Assembly (NCBI GenBank): GCA_002269645.1
Contig: NIVC01000518.1
Span: forward strand, 51,415 to 115,414
Source: Macrostomum lignano
Lineage: Eukaryota
DNA length: 64,000 nt
Direction: 5' to 3'
The notes below the pieces were generated by a model. The model was not told where the DNA came from. It ran no database searches and saw only the letters and a list, made by a program, of their open reading frames with translations. The translations under genes were made by a program, and so were the position numbers. Positions 61,291-64,000 of the stretch are shown here, piece after piece (the stretch's first letter is position 1; each line of letters starts with the position of its first letter).

Positions 61291-64000
61291 GAGACAGAAA
61301 GTCACAAAAATATGTGAAAATACATAAATAATTCAGGAAATTCAGCAAGTAGTGAATTTTGAACTTTATTTTTTCGGTCGGTATGTGTCCATAGTTTTAA
61401 GTACGAGGGTAAATAAATGAAAAACATATTGTGTACTCCTACATTTCTGACCAAAGCTAAATATTTGGTAAAGCAAGCGAAAAAGTTGCTCAGTACTCCA
61501 GTAATCAGTGCACCAAAAGTTGCCACCGAGTATTTGCTGAATACATACTCTATCATTTTATATAGTTTTTGTTACTATCAAGACAAATTTTGTTGTTACT
61601 ACTAATAACTGATAAGTAGCAAGATGGACAAGAATTCGTTCTAACAATATTGACAAAAACAACAAAATTTCTTGATCTTTTTAGACACAAAAGTTTATTT
61701 GTTTGCGTGCAATATAATTCGTAAAATGTCGGTTTCCTAATTATTAGTGTATTTACCGATTGAGTGACACATTTTATTGTCCTTACATTTCTTTGTAATA
61801 AGTGTTTTTTTATTTTACATGAACTCAGCTTTGTATTAATTTGCTACTCTCGGGATGTCAATTATAATTTTAGCATTAACAATCTGGTTTTTCCATCATT
61901 TTTTTTCAATTTTTGAATCCTACTAGCTTGACCGTAAATATGATTTATGGCTGTGTGCTACTCACTCAAGCGATTGTTTCGACAGCTTTCACGCCTAAAA
62001 ATTTTGACTTACTGAACAATCAATGTTTTTGATTAATGATTTTTTTGATGAAATATTAGAAATTATTAATTATCAATTATCAAGTAAATCCCAATGACTT
62101 CAATTAAAATTAGCATTGAATCCTTATTTTCTAAACGAAAAGCTTTATGAATATCCATAGCGCTATGAGAAAAACAAGACATCTCCAAAGATGAACACTG
62201 GGTCTCACTTCTCTCAAAATAAATGACAATTAATGTGCTGAAAAAATAAAAGCCCATTATTTCCGTAATGTCTTTCGGTAAAAAAATTTAAAGTTTTCCA
62301 AGAAAATGTAGTTTCCTAACCTACTTGGTAATTTCCTACTCATTTAAGCATTAGAATTTTTCTAAAACAGGGGTCTCAAATGATTTTGAGAAAGTTCTAA
62401 ATCTAAAAAATACTTATTTACAAATTAGTATTCCAATTCTATTTAGTTTTAGCAACAGCTGAGAAACAATATTTATCAATTTTTCATACTGTAGGTTATA
62501 AAAAACTTTTTTTGATGCTATTTACGTGTTTGTGTTTTCCTTAAACAAAATCAATTTTTTAACCTTTTCCTTCCCCTAGCTGTTTTTGCTTTGGCCTAAC
62601 TCGATCATAATTTTATTTCGTGTTTTTTGCATTCGAAATCGTTCTTCATACACACACGCTTTGAATTATTTGTGAAATTACTGATTAGCAGAAATGAATG
62701 ATACTTGGTGGTTGTCAAGGCTGTATATATCTATGCATATGCTTGCAAAGCGATCCAGATTCTTTCTAAAAACCAAGCTGATAATGATGGCAATTGCTCT
62801 TTATTACCACTTGGCTTTCAGAGTGTCTATTGCTCAGCTGGGTTATGTAAAATACGTTTTTATACTCCTCATTTTATATTATTTACTATTTTTTATCGCC
62901 AAACAAGCAGGTATAATTAAACCAGTTGCAAAGTAGATTGACAACACTTCTCCAAAACTTTCGTCAGTACACAAATTCGTTAATATTTTGTTAATCTCAT
63001 GTCTCCGTTTCGCTTACCTGTGTTAGGTATCTGTTTATGACGTAATAGAAGCATTTTTGTTTTGCACTTTCTTTCCTAACTCTTACAAGTATAAATAATC
63101 TCTCGTATTAATCTCGAATTTTTGTTTATAACTCAGCAGTTAATATATAATTTAAAAATTTGCGCTTCAAGTACATCTGTTTGATTGCATCATTCGTTAG
63201 TAAATATAGAGGTTTTGATGTCTTTGATTTTTACCTAAATTTTGTGGGGGTGATTCTGAATGTATGAATAAATCCTACAGGAAGGCCAGTAGGGACCGTT
63301 TTCGATGCCAATAGACCAGGAATTATAGGCATTGGATTAGCCTTCAAACAAATATTTTACTCATTTGAATAATGATGCTTTCCATCTCTTAATTACGAGT
63401 AGCTATTGTAGCGCTTAAACATGTACGAACAATTTACGCCTTAAAATTGTTAAAAATTAAAGTATTTCAATTATGCACTTTTAGTGGACCTTTTAGATAT
63501 ACCCATCGATCGGTAAATAATACGGAAGACCAAATTCTACATGTCGTGTGTACGTCTATCCTACAGGATTATTTTACTAATTGTACGTGCATATCGGACA
63601 AACGTCTACGGCTCGTTTAGGCAGTGTGCATGCATTCTCTGTGCATACATGGAATTGCATTTTACATTTTATCTCCACTGTCAAAAAGCTTTCGTGTAAA
63701 TTCTAAATTTTGATAGAACTATTGCAGACTTAACTGCATTGACCTGTAAAGTCTACCTGCACCGCAAATGTTTTTAAGTTACATGTAAAACATATTTATT
63801 TTTTTAGACTTCTTATCTTTCCTGACTAATTAGTCACGAAGCTGAATTTCGCTACATTTACCTTAAACCTGGCCCTAATTGAATGTCACTCGTAAATCTT
63901 AATTGTATTTTCCTCACCACCTTACGTGTGCGTTTAAGTACAGGGACTACTGAAGTCGAAGGACTTTGAACTCGAGAATGATATGGTTTTTAAGGGTGAA

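Noticed and set aside
61403-61430. Second mariner end (TACGAGGGTAAATAAATG)
   Set aside because: No matching inverted end or transposase remnant found in the window.
62368-62382. hAT-like terminus CAGGGGTCTCAAA
   Set aside because: A short isolated match with no partner TIR or TSD.
61300-64000. Short ORFs in the AT-rich terminal region
   Set aside because: All under 85 aa, with compositionally biased translations and no motifs or convincing splice chains.

Overview
Eukaryotic (animal) genomic DNA with GT-AG spliced genes and an extreme load of mini/microsatellites. The style suggests a free-living flatworm such as Macrostomum, but that is inference only. I can reconstruct five coding loci by hand with phase-consistent splice sites. 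(1) The 3' part of an unassigned ORF (<13-1113, +). (2) A complete 20-exon ABCA-subfamily full transporter (12010-33596, +, about 2286 aa). (3) A two-exon Gln-rich low-complexity gene (about 39400-37863, -). (4) A highly divergent SLC16/MCT-like MFS gene with a roughly 590-aa central loop (44358-51303, +). (5) A canonical SLC16/MCT gene with an unexplained frame change (55785-60455, +). Mobile elements include a head-to-tail dimer of a Helitron-like element (4800-11032), two copies of a tRNA-derived SINE (one with a 12-bp TSD, one split by a small Helitron), an internally deleted mariner with 198-bp TIRs, a foldback element built from tandem subrepeats, and small MITE-like pieces. 17 of the 19 ABCA introns carry a tandem array, mostly with a unit specific to that intron. 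Most ORFs in the supplied track are artefacts of these repeats. There are no CRISPR arrays, rRNA or genuine tRNA genes. All coordinates and alignments were done by eye.
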